Made by a program: the position numbers and the translations under genes | Shown: positions 9,201 to 20,804 of the stretch, piece after piece | How positions within the stretch are numbered: position 1 is the first letter of the stretch | Layout of the letters: each line of letters starts with the position of its first letter | The notes under the pieces: generated by a model | What the model saw: only the letters and a program-made list of their open reading frames with translations | What the model was told of the DNA's origin: nothing | The model's database searches: none | Source of the DNA: Camelus ferus | Lineage: Eukaryota | Assembly (NCBI RefSeq): GCF_009834535.1 | Contig: NC_045715.1 | Span: 20,150,001 to 20,214,000 of the forward strand | Reading direction: 5' to 3' | DNA length: 64,000 bases

Positions 9201-12200
9201 CAGTAAACACCTGTTTTTAACTGTGCAGTGTATCTATGGTGCTTTAGGAAGAGAAGGAAAAACTATGAAGACATCCTCCCAGACTTGAAGGTACTTCAAG
9301 GGGGAGATAAAATGGACACAAATAAGCATAGCAGGTATACAGTGACTAATTTTACATATATTGGATGCCCACTATATACCCGGTACTGTGCAGAAGAACT
9401 GGAAGCTTAGAGATGAAAGATAAGCCTTGCTTATCTAGAAAGGGCAGGTCTAGTGGAGGGGACAGAGCACTAATTGGAGGCTGACCGAGTGCAATGAATG
9501 TGCTTGAGAATGTCAAGGAACTGGAGAAGAGAGGAGCAACATCTGCTCGGATAGGGTGGGGGTGTCATCCAAGCCTCCCAGGAATTTGTGATAGCTGAGT
9601 TCATTCTTGAAGGATCAGTATGAGTTAGCAAGGGGAAGAATATTCCAAGCAAGCAGAGGATGCAGTTAGTGCAAAAGTGGAGATGTAGTTGAGCCTGGCT
9701 TGTTCCCCGTATTTTGTGACTGGTGTGATGGTGTTTGAAAGATGTGCAGGAGACAGATGATGAAAGGCTTTATACACTATTCCAAGGAGCTTAATTCTAA
9801 AGACGGTAAGAAAAAGGACCCATTGAAGTGTATAAGAAATGATTAGGCAGGGAGACCATTTAGGAGGCTCTGGTAATGATCCAGGTGAGAATGGTAAGAG
9901 AATAAGCGAAGGCAGTGAAGACTCAGAGTTACGAAGGAAGTGGCATTGACTAGAACTACATGAAGGGAGAGGAATTAAGGATGACACTCAACTCAGTGCT
10001 GTTAATTGAAAGCAGTAGTAGGCTGTAGAGCGGGGAGCCGGAAGAGATAAGATCAGCTTTTGAATGCTGAGTTGGAGATTTCTGGGGAATTTCTAAGAGG
10101 AGATGGCAAGGAGAGTTTGGTGCTTGTGGAGAGAGCTCTAGACTAGAAGTAAAGATGCGGCTGAGTGTAGTTGAGGTGTTAAATACAGGGCATCCCATAG
10201 AGAGTGTAAGCGGATTGAAGCAAAAAGAGGTAGAGGATGGGAACCCCAAAGAACCTCAACAGTTAATGGAAGAAAGGTGAGGAAGGAGGCTGAGATAAGA
10301 CTGAGAAAAGCGAGCAGCCTCTTCTCTGAAACTGGAGGCAGACCAGCAGTAGCAGGATCCCTGATGTTAAGTAACAGCAGGAGAGGAGAATTAAAAGGAT
10401 GAGGAGGTACGTAAGTGTCAGAGCGGAGATTGTAAGGTTGAAGAAAGTGCTTTATTTGGTTTTGAACTTAGGAGCTGCTTAAGTGATGTACTAAAAGGAG
10501 GAGTCATTAGAGGAGGAGAAGTGGAGGATACTTTAGCCACACTTAGCCTTTTCCTGTTCCTTGGTGATAATCCTTTCTTACACTTGAACCTGTACACAGG
10601 CTTCTCTTCCTTTGGTCAGGTGGTGTGGTTGCCTTAGTCTTTGGAGAGAAATTAGTGTTTGAGTCACTTCTCAGTGTTGTCAGGGTGAGCTGACCATTCC
10701 TTTTTCTGTACTACAGTGGGTTCTCCCTCTTAATGGTTTTAGACTTAGACTCCTTGGAATAGTGCATAAAGCCTTTCATTATTTCTGCTGCACGTCTTTT
10801 CAGTTCCATCATGCTAGTCACCCAATACAGGGACCAAATTTTGAAATGTGTTCAGGATGGAGGATGCAGATTAAGCAAAGACAGGTGTAAGCATACCTGA
10901 GAGTTAACCAAGGAGCAGGGAAAGACCAGTGTCCAGAACACAGGTATGAGTAAGGAAACAGAGGTACAGCAGAAAAGATAGGATGGGCCCTTTTAGTCTG
11001 TGAGGCCCTAAATTATAGGGATTTTCATTTGTTATCTCCAGTTTTAGGCATTGTAGATGTTCGGTGTCTGAATAAATGATTACTGTGGACTACATGGGAT
11101 TCTGGTCTGAGAATACTTAATGTGGTAGATAGCAGAAGGCCTTTGTTTTGGGGATTTTGAGGGGGGGAATGATCACAGGAGTGCTTTTGGATAGAATTGG
11201 ATAGCAGTGGATGGGTGGGATGGTTTGGGAGGTGAATGTGATAGTGGATCGGCTTGGGCATGATGAGAAATCACAAGGCTGCTGGCTGCCTCCCAGTCAA
11301 ATGTGAGTGGGAGAGGGAGTTAGATATGGTCCCTCCTTCAGGGAAACAGGGGTGGACAGAATGGAGAAGCTGAAATTTGTTCAGTCAGTAAACTTCTGTC
11401 GACTTCCCACATTGCTCCCTGGGAACATGAGCTAAATGGTCCCTCTCTAGGATGGAAGACAGACACCCAGTTGAGTGTGACACAGTGCGATTTGTGCTTG
11501 AGGTGTGAGCAGAGCAAGTGCGCCACAGACCCAGATGTTTATTGACTTACCAGAAAGCTGTGTTTCCATGGTCTGCAGGTCCCCAAAATGACACACCCAG
11601 ACTGAATTCGTAATATTTTTGTTCTACCTTTCTCCCCCATAGATGGTAGGGGTGGGGAGAGAGGTCCTTCTCTTCCAGTATATCCTGAGTTAATAACTGG
11701 TACCACTAGCCCAGCTAATTCTGCCAGCTAAAAACATAGGAGTCATCTCTAAATACCCCTTCTTACTGCCCACCTCTGCCGTCACTCTCTGGATTCTCCT
11801 CTGCCTCACACTGCCACCCTAGACCAAGCCACCATTGTCTGTCCTGTGGGGCAGTGCAAATGTCTAGGGAGTGATAGTTGAGCTAGGAAAACAGTAAAAT
11901 GGAGTGGAGGCCACTGAGAGCTTGTTAGATGAGATCAGGCTGCTTTGGAATTTGCAGATCATCATTCACAATTTCTGCTTAACCTTCTAGACAAAGTGGT
12001 GAAGAAAGGGAAGAAGGACAAGAAGACGAAAAAGACGGTAAGGCAACGAGGGGTGAGGGTGAGAGATGACTATGGGTGTTTCTGAGCAGAAGGTGGCCCT
12101 ATGAAGGCAGTGGGGGTCTGAGGGAGGGGAAGGGGTCATGTCAGCAGAGCAAGCAAGGTGGGTCTGGAGTGGCAGGTCCGTGGGCTCATGTGAGGCAGCA

Positions 12201-15200
12201 AAGGGCTTGGTTGGTCTCTGAGCTGTGTTTACCCAGATCTTAACTCCCTTTGTAGTTCTTTGAAGAGCTGGCAGTAGAAGACAAACAGGCTGGGGAAGAA
12301 GAGAAGGTGCTCAAGGAGAAGGAGCAGCAGCAGCAGCAGCAGCAGCAGGTACCAGTGTCCGGACCTACCAATCCACCCGGGCATCTTAGGTCCCCAACCC
12401 CTCCGCAGCCCACATCAGTTGGCTCGGCTGATAGGGAACTCTCTCCAGGGCAGAAATACAGCAGCAGCCTGGCCTTCATTCTCGCATTCTGTTTTGCGTT
12501 CAGCAGCAAAAAAAGAAACGAGACACCCGAAAAGGCCGGCGGAAGAAGGATGTGGATGACGATGGAGAAGAGAAGGAGCTCATGGAGCGTCTTAAGAAGC
12601 TCTCAGTGCCGGCCAGTGACGAGGAGGATGAGGGTAAATGCCCTGAGGGAAATGGGTACTGGAATCCCTGAGTCATGAAGGGTCACAGACTTCATTCCTT
12701 GCTCTTGAAGTTGGATTAGATAGAGGAGCTGGATGTAATTCTCTTTCCTGTCTCATCTTCTCCCTTGTCATTTCAGTACCTGCCCCGGTTCCCCGAGGAG
12801 GGAAGAAAACCAAGGTAAGCCATCTATCTGTGTGGTAAACAGAGACTCCAGGCGTGCAGCCTTGACCATCCTGCTAACTTCTCCGGCCCTTTCATTCTCC
12901 AGGGTGGTAATGTTTTTGCAGCCCTGATTCAGGATCAGAGTGAGGAAGAGGAGGAGGAAGAAAAACATCCTCCTAAGCCGGCCAAGCCAGAGAAGAATCG
13001 GATCAATAAGGTGAAAGCGGTGGCTCTGCCCGTCACTCCCACCCCAGGTGGCACCTTCTAGCCACCGTGTGGTCATTCCCTGCCTGCTTTTCCTGCTTTT
13101 AAACTAGCTCTCCTAGGTCTGTCTTGCTTATACTGTCAAAATCAGCTTTTTAAAATACTTTTCATCACTGAGAAATCTACAGTGGTGTTGCTGCTTTCAA
13201 ACTCAGAATCTAAAACAAAGGCCTTCAAGTCTTTGCTCTTCCACTTGGACCCCTCAGCAGGGTTACAGGACTCTTCATATACCTTTCAGATCAGCCTGAT
13301 CACATCTTGGCATCCAGTCTGACTGTGTGTTGAAGCCTTTGTTCTTTATGGTGTCTCTTCCCTTTTCCCTAGAATGCCTTGTCCAAGCCCATGTCCATTA
13401 ACTCTTCTCGAGATTCACCCTCTCCAGGAAGCCTCCAGTGTTAGGGCTGCCCGCTCACGTGGCTCACTTGCCTAACTCACAGTCCCTAAGCTGTGCTGAT
13501 ACTCTCTAGTCGTCTCTTCCCTATCTAGTCTCCAGCTGGAGGCTAGCGTTTCTCTGGGTCTCATTTTCTCCCTGGCAAACTCAGTATCGTTAACTACTAC
13601 TCCTAGACTCCATAGAAATGCCTGTTAAGCTACAAGCTCGCAGATTAATTTGTGTCTGTGTCTTCCCCAGGCTGTATCTCAGGAACAACAGCCAGGGCTC
13701 AAGAGCAGAAAGGGAAAGGAGGAGAAGTCAAAGGGGAAGGCCAAGGTAAGGGAGTATTGGCAGGAGGAGGGTCTGGGTCTTAGGAATCAGAGCATGTCAT
13801 CCGACCTGCTGTCTTTTCCCTGATAGCCTCAAAATAAATTTGCTGCTCTCGACAATGAAGAGGAGGAGGATGAAGAGGAAATAACAAAAGAAAAGGAGCC
13901 TCCCGGGCAAGAGAAGGAGAAGGCCAAGAAGGCAGAGCAAGTGTGTACTTTGGTGTCGGGGGAAGGTGGGCTGGGGGACTCGGGCTCTGTGGCCCTTGGG
14001 GTGGGGCAGGATCTGGGGGTGCTCCTACTGTCCAGAGCAGGGGTTGGCAAATTTCTATAAATGGCCACATAGTAAATATTTTTGACTTTTTAGGCTACAT
14101 ACCGTCTCTGGTGCATATTCTTCTTTTACGTTTTTGGAGAAACCCTTCAAAAATGTAAAAACTATTCTTAGCTCAAGGGCCATAATTTGCAACTCCTGAT
14201 CCAGAAAGAAAAGGACCTGGGCCTTTGCCTCAGACAGTCTGGGTTCTGGCTCTGCCACTCACCGACTGTGTGACCTTGAGTGCATCCTTCTACTTCCCTG
14301 GGTCTCAGTTATCTCATCTGTGTGAACTAGTGATCTCTGAGCTCCCCTGTACTGCTAGCACTTGCCAGTTCTGTGATTTTGCTGGATTTCTCAGTGGATG
14401 TATATTAGGGCTTCCAGTTCTTTTTTTTTGCAGGTTACCATTTAGGCCACAGAAACTCATTTGATACATGAGGAAAAAGAGCCTGTTCCAATTATTCTAC
14501 CTTCAGTTACATTGTATTGGCCATTACATCTGTAGGTGTATACACATTGTTACCTGTCATACACACACACATACATACAGACTCATCTCGTCTGTCCTGT
14601 ATGTTTCCTGGGGCAGAAATGGAGAATAAAGAGTGGCAAGGAGACCAGGGTGGGTATGAGAATGAGAGTGGGTCTGCCAAGATATTTCAGGACAGCTGGC
14701 TGTGGAACTGGGGGTAGATGATGTGAAGTCTGAGTTCTGGAAGGGATCCCTTGTGTTTTACTATCCCTGGTTCTCACAGGGCTCCGAGGAAGAAGGAGAA
14801 GAGGAGGAGGAAGGGGAGTCCAAGGCTGATGATCCCTATGCTCACCTTAGCAAGAAAGAGAAGAAAAAGCTGAAGAAACAGGTGAGACCTTGGGTTCTTA
14901 GTGGTTAAAGGTGGGAGAATTTGATTTTTTTTTAAATTGTAATGCTTCAGGTAGGGGATGGGTGAATTAGGGGACAAGAAGAGAGCTTTGGGTGCTCCTT
15001 CAAGTAAAACAGTTGGAGTAAGGAAAGGATTATGTTCTGTGAGTCTTGGCTTGGTGTCTGATGACACAGGGCTGTATCATGGTGATGGGATGCTGGCAGA
15101 CAGTGGCCTCAAAAGTGATTTTTTTCCCTTTCTTCTCAGATGGAGTATGAGCGCCAGGTGGCTTCATTAAAAGCAGCCAATGCTGCTGAAAATGACTTCT

Positions 15201-17885
15201 CTGTGTCGCAAGCAGAGGTGTCCTCCCGCCAGGCTATGTTAGAAAATGCATCTGACATCAAGGTAGGTTCGGAGGGGGCCCCTCCTGCCAGTTGGCCCAG
15301 GGACCTGCCACTTCTCTCCCCTTTGCCAGAGTGGCTGTGGCAGCCGAGGAAGTGGGTATGGGAAGAAAGCTTGGAAGTGTTTTCCACATCTTAAGTTCTG
15401 CCAGCTTGAGGGAGAAGATAGTTCCCTTCCCTTGGAGGGAAATAGGGTGGGGCAGGCTGGACCGGCTTAGGGTTTGGAGACTCCTGCTAGAGGCAGTGCA
15501 TGGGGCCAGGGACTGGTGTGTTGAGAGGAGGGGTATTATGCTGGCAGTCTCGGTTTGTCGGAGGCTCCCCTGCAGGAAGAAAGCTGTAGTTGCTGTGTGG
15601 AAGGGAGAGTTCTCACGTGCTCCTTCCTTCCCTGACCACTGCAGCTGGAGAAGTTCAGCATCTCAGCCCACGGCAAGGAGCTATTCGTCAACGCCGACCT
15701 GTACATTGTCGCTGGCCGCCGTTACGGGCTGGTGGGACCCAATGGGTGAGGAGAGGCGGGGCAGGAGATACGTGAAGAGAAGGGCTGGAAGGAGAGGAGA
15801 CCTCCTTCTGGTCTCTGGTGGCCTGGTCCTGAAAGTTCTCATTCCCCAGCAAGGGCAAGACCACCCTCCTGAAGCACATCGCCAACCGAGCCCTGAGCAT
15901 CCCTCCCAACATCGACGTGCTGCTGTGCGAGCAGGGTGAGTCCTGGTGGGAAGGCGGTGAAACCCAGGGGCTTGACAAGGGTCTGCTGGGGTAAATAAGC
16001 CAAACAAGGCTAGAAGAAACCATGGTTGTGGAGTTGGAAAGGTTACCTGGAGAGACTGGGAACTGGGAAACAGGTGCTAAAGAAGTTGAGAGAAGAGAGG
16101 AGAGACTGGAACGGGTTTTATTCGGGACAAGTGCGGAGAGCCAGGCAGGGCCAGGCAAAGCAGAAGGGAAGAGGGAATAGGAGCCTTGGCCCTCGAGACG
16201 CCCTGACTTCTCCCCCGGCCCCCAGAGGTGGTAGCGGATGAGACGCCAGCTGTGCAGGCTGTTCTTCGAGCTGACACCAAGCGGCTGAAACTGCTGGAAG
16301 AGGAGCGGCGGCTTCAGGGACAGCTGGAGCAGGGTGATGACACGGCTGCCGAGAGGCTGGAGAAGGTAGAGGAGATGGCGCAGGGGACACTGCTGAGACT
16401 GGGGTCCCGGGACCTCCAAACATGTGTCCTCTTCTCCCTCCTCCCAGGTCTATGAGGAGTTGCGGGCTACTGGGGCGGCTGCTGCAGAGGCCAAAGCCCG
16501 CCGGATCCTGGCTGGTCTGGGCTTCGACCCTGAAATGCAGAATCGACCCACACAGAAGTTCTCGGGGGGCTGGCGCATGCGTGTCTCCCTGGCCAGGTGG
16601 GCTCCCCTCTTCACCACCCTCCCTTCCAGCCTTCATCCACCAGGGTCCTTCCCTTTCTGTTCTTCCAAGGCTGTAAGGAGGTTCAAGGCCGACTTCTCTC
16701 TCCTTCATCATCCACGTTGTCAGACTCAGGGATTTTCCCTCTACCTGGGAGTGTATTCTCAATTGTCTCCCAAAGGGGAACTTCTCTAAGAGGCTGGGAA
16801 GGAGTGGTCGTGGTCTCAGGCTCCACTCAGCAGAGGCTCGTCTGGGCACTCTGAGCAAGGACCTTCCTCCCCATGACCCCACACTCTGCTGCCCCACCCC
16901 CTAGGGCACTGTTCATGGAGCCCACGCTGCTGATGTTGGACGAGCCCACCAACCACCTGGACCTCAATGCTGTTATTTGGCTCAACAAGTGAGATGCCCT
17001 TGATTACAGTCTTTGCATCTTTGGTTCCCATCCTGCCCCTGACAGCTCTCATACCAGCTTTCCTTCTTTTCTTGCCCCTGTCATCTGTCTCCTTTCCCTA
17101 ACTTAATCCTAATTTAGCCACTGTAACATTTCCACACTCTTCTCTAAATCCCAGCTACCTCCAGGGCTGGCGGAAGACGCTGCTCATCGTCTCCCATGAC
17201 CAGGGCTTCCTGGATGACGTCTGCACCGACATCATCCATCTCGATGCCCAGCGGCTCCATTACTATAGGGGCAATTACAGTAAGTGGGGTTGTGTGGGGA
17301 CCTGGTGGGAGGAAAGGGATGGTGCCTTGAGAAAGGCCTGAGAGGGAGGGCCCATAGGGATGCGGTGATAAGCTGAACCTTTCAGAATTCTAGACAGTGA
17401 CGCCCACCCCCCTTGTCCCTCGTCCTGGTTCTCCCTCTGCTGGGGAGAGGGACAGCCATTGATGCCCGTCCTCCCTGTTGCCCCAGTGACCTTCAAGAAG
17501 ATGTACCAGCAGAAGCAGAAGGAACTGCTGAAGCAGTATGAGAAGCAGGAGAAAAAGCTGAAGGAGCTGAAGGCGGGCGGCAAGTCCACCAAGCAGGCGG
17601 TGAGCGCCTGGGTCTTCCGGGCGGGGGCTCTCCTGAGGAGGAGGCCGAGGGAGCGGGCCTCTGGGGCCTGGCCTGCCTTTCGAGGCGCTCCCTTCCCCTT
17701 CCTCCCCAGGAAAAGCAAACAAAGGAGGCGCTGACGAGAAAGCAGCAGAAGTGCCGGCGGAAAAACCAGGATGAGGAGTCGCAGGAGGCCCCCGAGCTCC
17801 TGAAGCGCCCCAAGGAGTACACCGTGCGCTTCACCTTCCCAGACCCGCCGCCGCTCAGCCCGCCGGTGCTGGGCCTGCATGGTGA

Positions 17886-17918
<33 letters not shown>

Positions 17919-20258
17919 CTCCTGCCCCCGCCGGCCTCGCGGGCTCTGAGGGGAAAGTGAAAGGCTGCTCTTGCTTTCTCAGGTGTGACGTTCGGCTATG
18001 AGGGGCAGAAGCCGCTCTTTAAGAATCTGGATTTTGGCATCGACATGGACTCGAGGAGTGAGTTGGCGGGGGAGGCTCGGGCCGCAGAGCGGGAGCCCCG
18101 GGGACCTCAGCCCTCTGACCGCCTGTCTCCCCCACCTGCCTGGCAGTCTGCATCGTGGGCCCTAACGGCGTGGGGAAGAGCACCCTGCTGCTGCTGCTGA
18201 CCGGCAAGCTGACGCCCGTGAGTCCCGCGGCGGGAGTGTGGCCGCTCCCCGGAGGCTGGACTCAGGGAGCCCCCTCCACCACGCGAGTTAAATACAGAGC
18301 TCGTCAGGGGTGGTTCATTTCCTTAAGGGGTGCGGCAGAGGCGAGCAGTTCAGATCAGCCAGAGAAGAGCCAGGACGGTTGGGGCCAGTGCAGGGGCTCC
18401 CTACACCCCACCACGTGTGTTTTGGTCACACAAGAAATGCACGTCCGTTCTAGAAGTGTTAGAAGTTATGTAAGACAGGGAAAAATGTAGAGGTAACCGC
18501 TATTAACTTTGGTGGCTTGCTTTCTCCTTTTTCCTTTACAAGTTTATATATATATATATATATATTAAACAAAAGTGGCTACTATGTGAATTGTTTTTTA
18601 GCCAGCTTTTTCCAGATGATACACATCATTTTTCCACGTTGGTAGTCGTGTGGGTGAATTCATTTCTTATGGATCTATATAATTTCTTTGATATCAGTCA
18701 TTTAGAGTATTTCTGATTTTCCACTAAAGGGACAATAGTGCAGCAAATAGTCTTACTGTATCTGTTCATGAACTTAGTTTTTCCTTAGGATAAATTCCTT
18801 AGAATTGCTTTGGGGACTTTGGTGGTGTATGTGGTGCTTAGGCAGGTTGTAGCTGTCTACACCCTCCAGTAAAGTGTTGAGAGGGCCTACAGAGAGCAGC
18901 TCCTCAGAAAGGTGTTCCTGCAGCCTCACACACAGTGTCCCTCCCTCCCCATCCGAGGTGGAACCCTGAAAACGTGCAGTTCCTGAGTCTCACAGGAAGG
19001 GTGGGAGGGGGTGGTTCTTTGGTGGTGGTCAGTCTCTCCTGGTTCTCAAGTCTCTGCCTTTTGTTTCCCCTTCTTTATTCTCTTGCTTCTGATTTCCTGG
19101 GCGTGTCTTTGTCGCGTTAGGAAGAACACCCATGTCCCCTTTTTCACCTGGCTCGTTCCCAGCCCAATCCGGGGATTTGTCTCCCGTTCAGAAAAGCTGG
19201 GGCCAGAGCTGCAGCACCCTTCCCTTCTTATCTTCCCACTTGCTTTTTCCTTGCAGACTCGTGGGGAAATGAGAAAGAACCACCGCCTGGTGAGTTGGCT
19301 TTGGGAATTAGGGGGTCAGAGGCTGACAAAGGAAGTGTGACTTTGACTGACCACCCCCTTCTCGTCTCGGGCAGAAAATCGGCTTCTTCAACCAGCAGTA
19401 TGCGGAGCAGCTACGCATGGAGGANNNNNNNNNNNNNNNNNNNNNNNNNNNNNNNNNNNNNNNNNNNNNNNNNNNNNNNNNNNNNNNNNNNNNNNNNNNN
19501 NNNNNNNNNNNNNNNNNNNNNNNNNNNNNNNNNNNNNNNNNNNNNNNNNNNNNNNNCTCCTTAACTTTCATATCTGTAGGCTGCACTTAGAGGCAGGAGG
19601 GAAGAGGAGCCAGGACTCGGGGGACCTCAGCGCTCACACAGACACACATTCGGGGTTTACCTGCAGAGGTGTCAAATGGTAAAAGGGGCGACGGGTCTCC
19701 TTTTCCTTTGCTGCAGGCGGGCAGAAGGCCCGGGTTGTGTTTGCGGAGCTGGCCTGTCGGGAGCCCGATGTCCTCATCTTGGTGAGTGAGCAGAACTGTG
19801 GGGCGGGGTGAGGGTGTCAGACAGGAAAGGGAGGAGTCGGAACGCTTAGTCATGGGATGCTGCCTGCTCGTAGGACGAGCCCACCAATAACCTGGACATC
19901 GAGTCTATCGACGCCCTGGGGGAGGCCATCAATGAGTACAAGGGTGGTAAGTTGGCACGGGGCACGCCCTCCTCCTCCTCCCCTTGGGGACCAGCTGTGG
20001 TGTCCTTTGGCCAGGACTCCCTCGCCTCAGCTTCTCATTCCCCTCTTCCTCCTTTCTCCCCGCCCTCCTTCCTCACCCTTGTTCTTCAAAGCTGTGATCG
20101 TCGTCAGCCATGATGCACGACTCATCACCGAAACCAACTGCCAGCTGTGGGTGGTGGAGGAGCAGAGTGTCAGCCAGATCGACGGTGACTTCGAAGATTA
20201 CAAGCGGGAGGTGTTGGAGGCCCTGGGTGAAGTCATGGTCAGCCGACCCCGGGAGTGA
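8765..20258 (+). CDS. ABCF1: ATP-binding cassette subfamily F member 1 (ABC50), 25 exons, about 841 aa
   Basis: Exons: 8765-8837, 11991-12037, 12256-12348, 12504-12633, 12777-12814, 12903-13010, 13671-13745, 13827-13940, 14780-14881, 15140-15262, 15645-15745, 15850-15935, 16226-16365, 16448-16596, 16905-16988, 17155-17279, 17487-17599, 17710-17881, 17983-18057, 18147-18217, 19257-19289, 19375-(end in gap, about 19543), 19717-19781, 19874-19946, 20092-20258. Visible junctions are GT-AG and frame-consistent. N-terminus [19 protein letters not shown]. Walker A GPNGKGKT and GPNGVGKS, signature FSGGW, Walker [13 protein letters not shown] and [12 protein letters not shown]-terminus MVSRPRE*. Confidence 0.97.
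9119..9201 (-). mobile_element. tRNA-Ala-like short element (SINE head or tRNA retrocopy) with oligo(A) tail in ABCF1 intron 1
   Basis: Minus strand reads ggggtgggggtagagcccagcggtagagcgtgtgctaagcatgcgcgaggtcctaggttcaacccgcagtacctccaaaaaaa. Same family as the 5079 head. B box GGTTCAACC. Confidence 0.8.
9320..10320 (-). mobile_element. LINE-2 fragments in ABCF1 intron 1
   Basis: Degenerate L2-type purine-rich text (ttttgaatgctgagttggagatt; gaagtaaagatgcggctgag; ggaaccccaaagaacc). Boundaries approximate. Confidence 0.55.
12325..12348 (+). repeat. (CAG)8 coding polyglutamine repeat at the end of ABCF1 exon 3
   Basis: Eight consecutive CAG followed directly by the donor gtacca. Confidence 0.95.
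14035..14185. mobile_element. MER58-like hAT DNA-transposon remnant
   Basis: caggggttggcaaa...ggccacatagtaaatattt...aaaaatgtaaaaactattcttagctc...gggcca resembles the recalled MER58 consensus. Confidence 0.6.
14215..14350 (+). mobile_element. MIR SINE fragment
   Basis: ctgggttctggctctgccact...ctgtgtgaccttgag...ctcagttatctcatctgtg is the MIR core. Confidence 0.75.
16366..16447 (+). ncRNA. MIR877: miR-877 mirtron (entire 82-nt ABCF1 intron 13)
   Basis: Intron begins GTAGAGGAGATGGCGCAGGG (16366-16385, miR-877-5p as recalled) and ends TCCTCTTCTCCCTCCTCCCAG (16427-16447, miR-877-3p). The arms are complementary (GAGGAGA/GAGG with CCTCTTCTC). Confidence 0.93.
17886..17918 (+). repeat. (GCC)11 trinucleotide repeat starting at +5 of ABCF1 intron 18
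   Basis: CATG|gtga gccgccgccgccgccgccgccgccgccgccgcc ctcctg. Confidence 0.95.
18545..18565. repeat. (TA)10 microsatellite
   Basis: Direct reading in ABCF1 intron 20. Confidence 0.9.
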
Positions 20259-20798
20259 GCTCCCCGTCCTGGAAGTCCCCTCGCCTCCCTGGCTCTCCTC
20301 GGAAGCCTGCCTCTGACCCAGCGGCCACTCGGGCACATGAAGAAGGAGCGTGATCTTGATGTGACCAGGATACCACTTTGACTGCTTTTTCTCTGAAAGA
20401 CTTGTCTGTTCTTCTTCTCTTCAGATAACTGAGCTGGCCTTGGCCTTGAACTCCCTCTGTACAGACAGAGGTGACCTTTGTTACCATGGGGTTCCATCCA
20501 GCCAGCCTTACGTGGCCAGTTGTCTGAGACTCTGTCCTCACTCAGAAGCCTATCTCTGGTCCACCTCAAAGCTTCAGGCCCCACCGCCACCCCGGTCTGT
20601 GAGTGGTGCTGCTCTTTTCTGGTGGACTCAATGCTGACTTAACTGATAAACTGCTGTTGCCGCTCGGAGCCAGAGGGGAGTTCTGAGGCCTGTGCTGTGT
20701 GACCCAGGATTTGGTGCTTGCAGCCTCTAGTCTGGCTGGGGACTTGGGGGCAGGAAAGGAACGCTGCTGAACTCAAATCTCCCTTTACAAGAGGGAGA

Positions 20799-20804
20799 AA
20801 TAAA
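20799..20804 (+). terminator. ABCF1 polyadenylation signal (AATAAA)
   Basis: AATAAA about 540 nt after the stop codon, with GU-rich sequence downstream. Confidence 0.75.

Noticed and set aside
15292-16897. ORFs of 215-259 aa across ABCF1 exons 11-14 on both strands
   Set aside because: They are off-frame or antisense readings through GC-rich exons and introns, fully explained by the ABCF1 structure.
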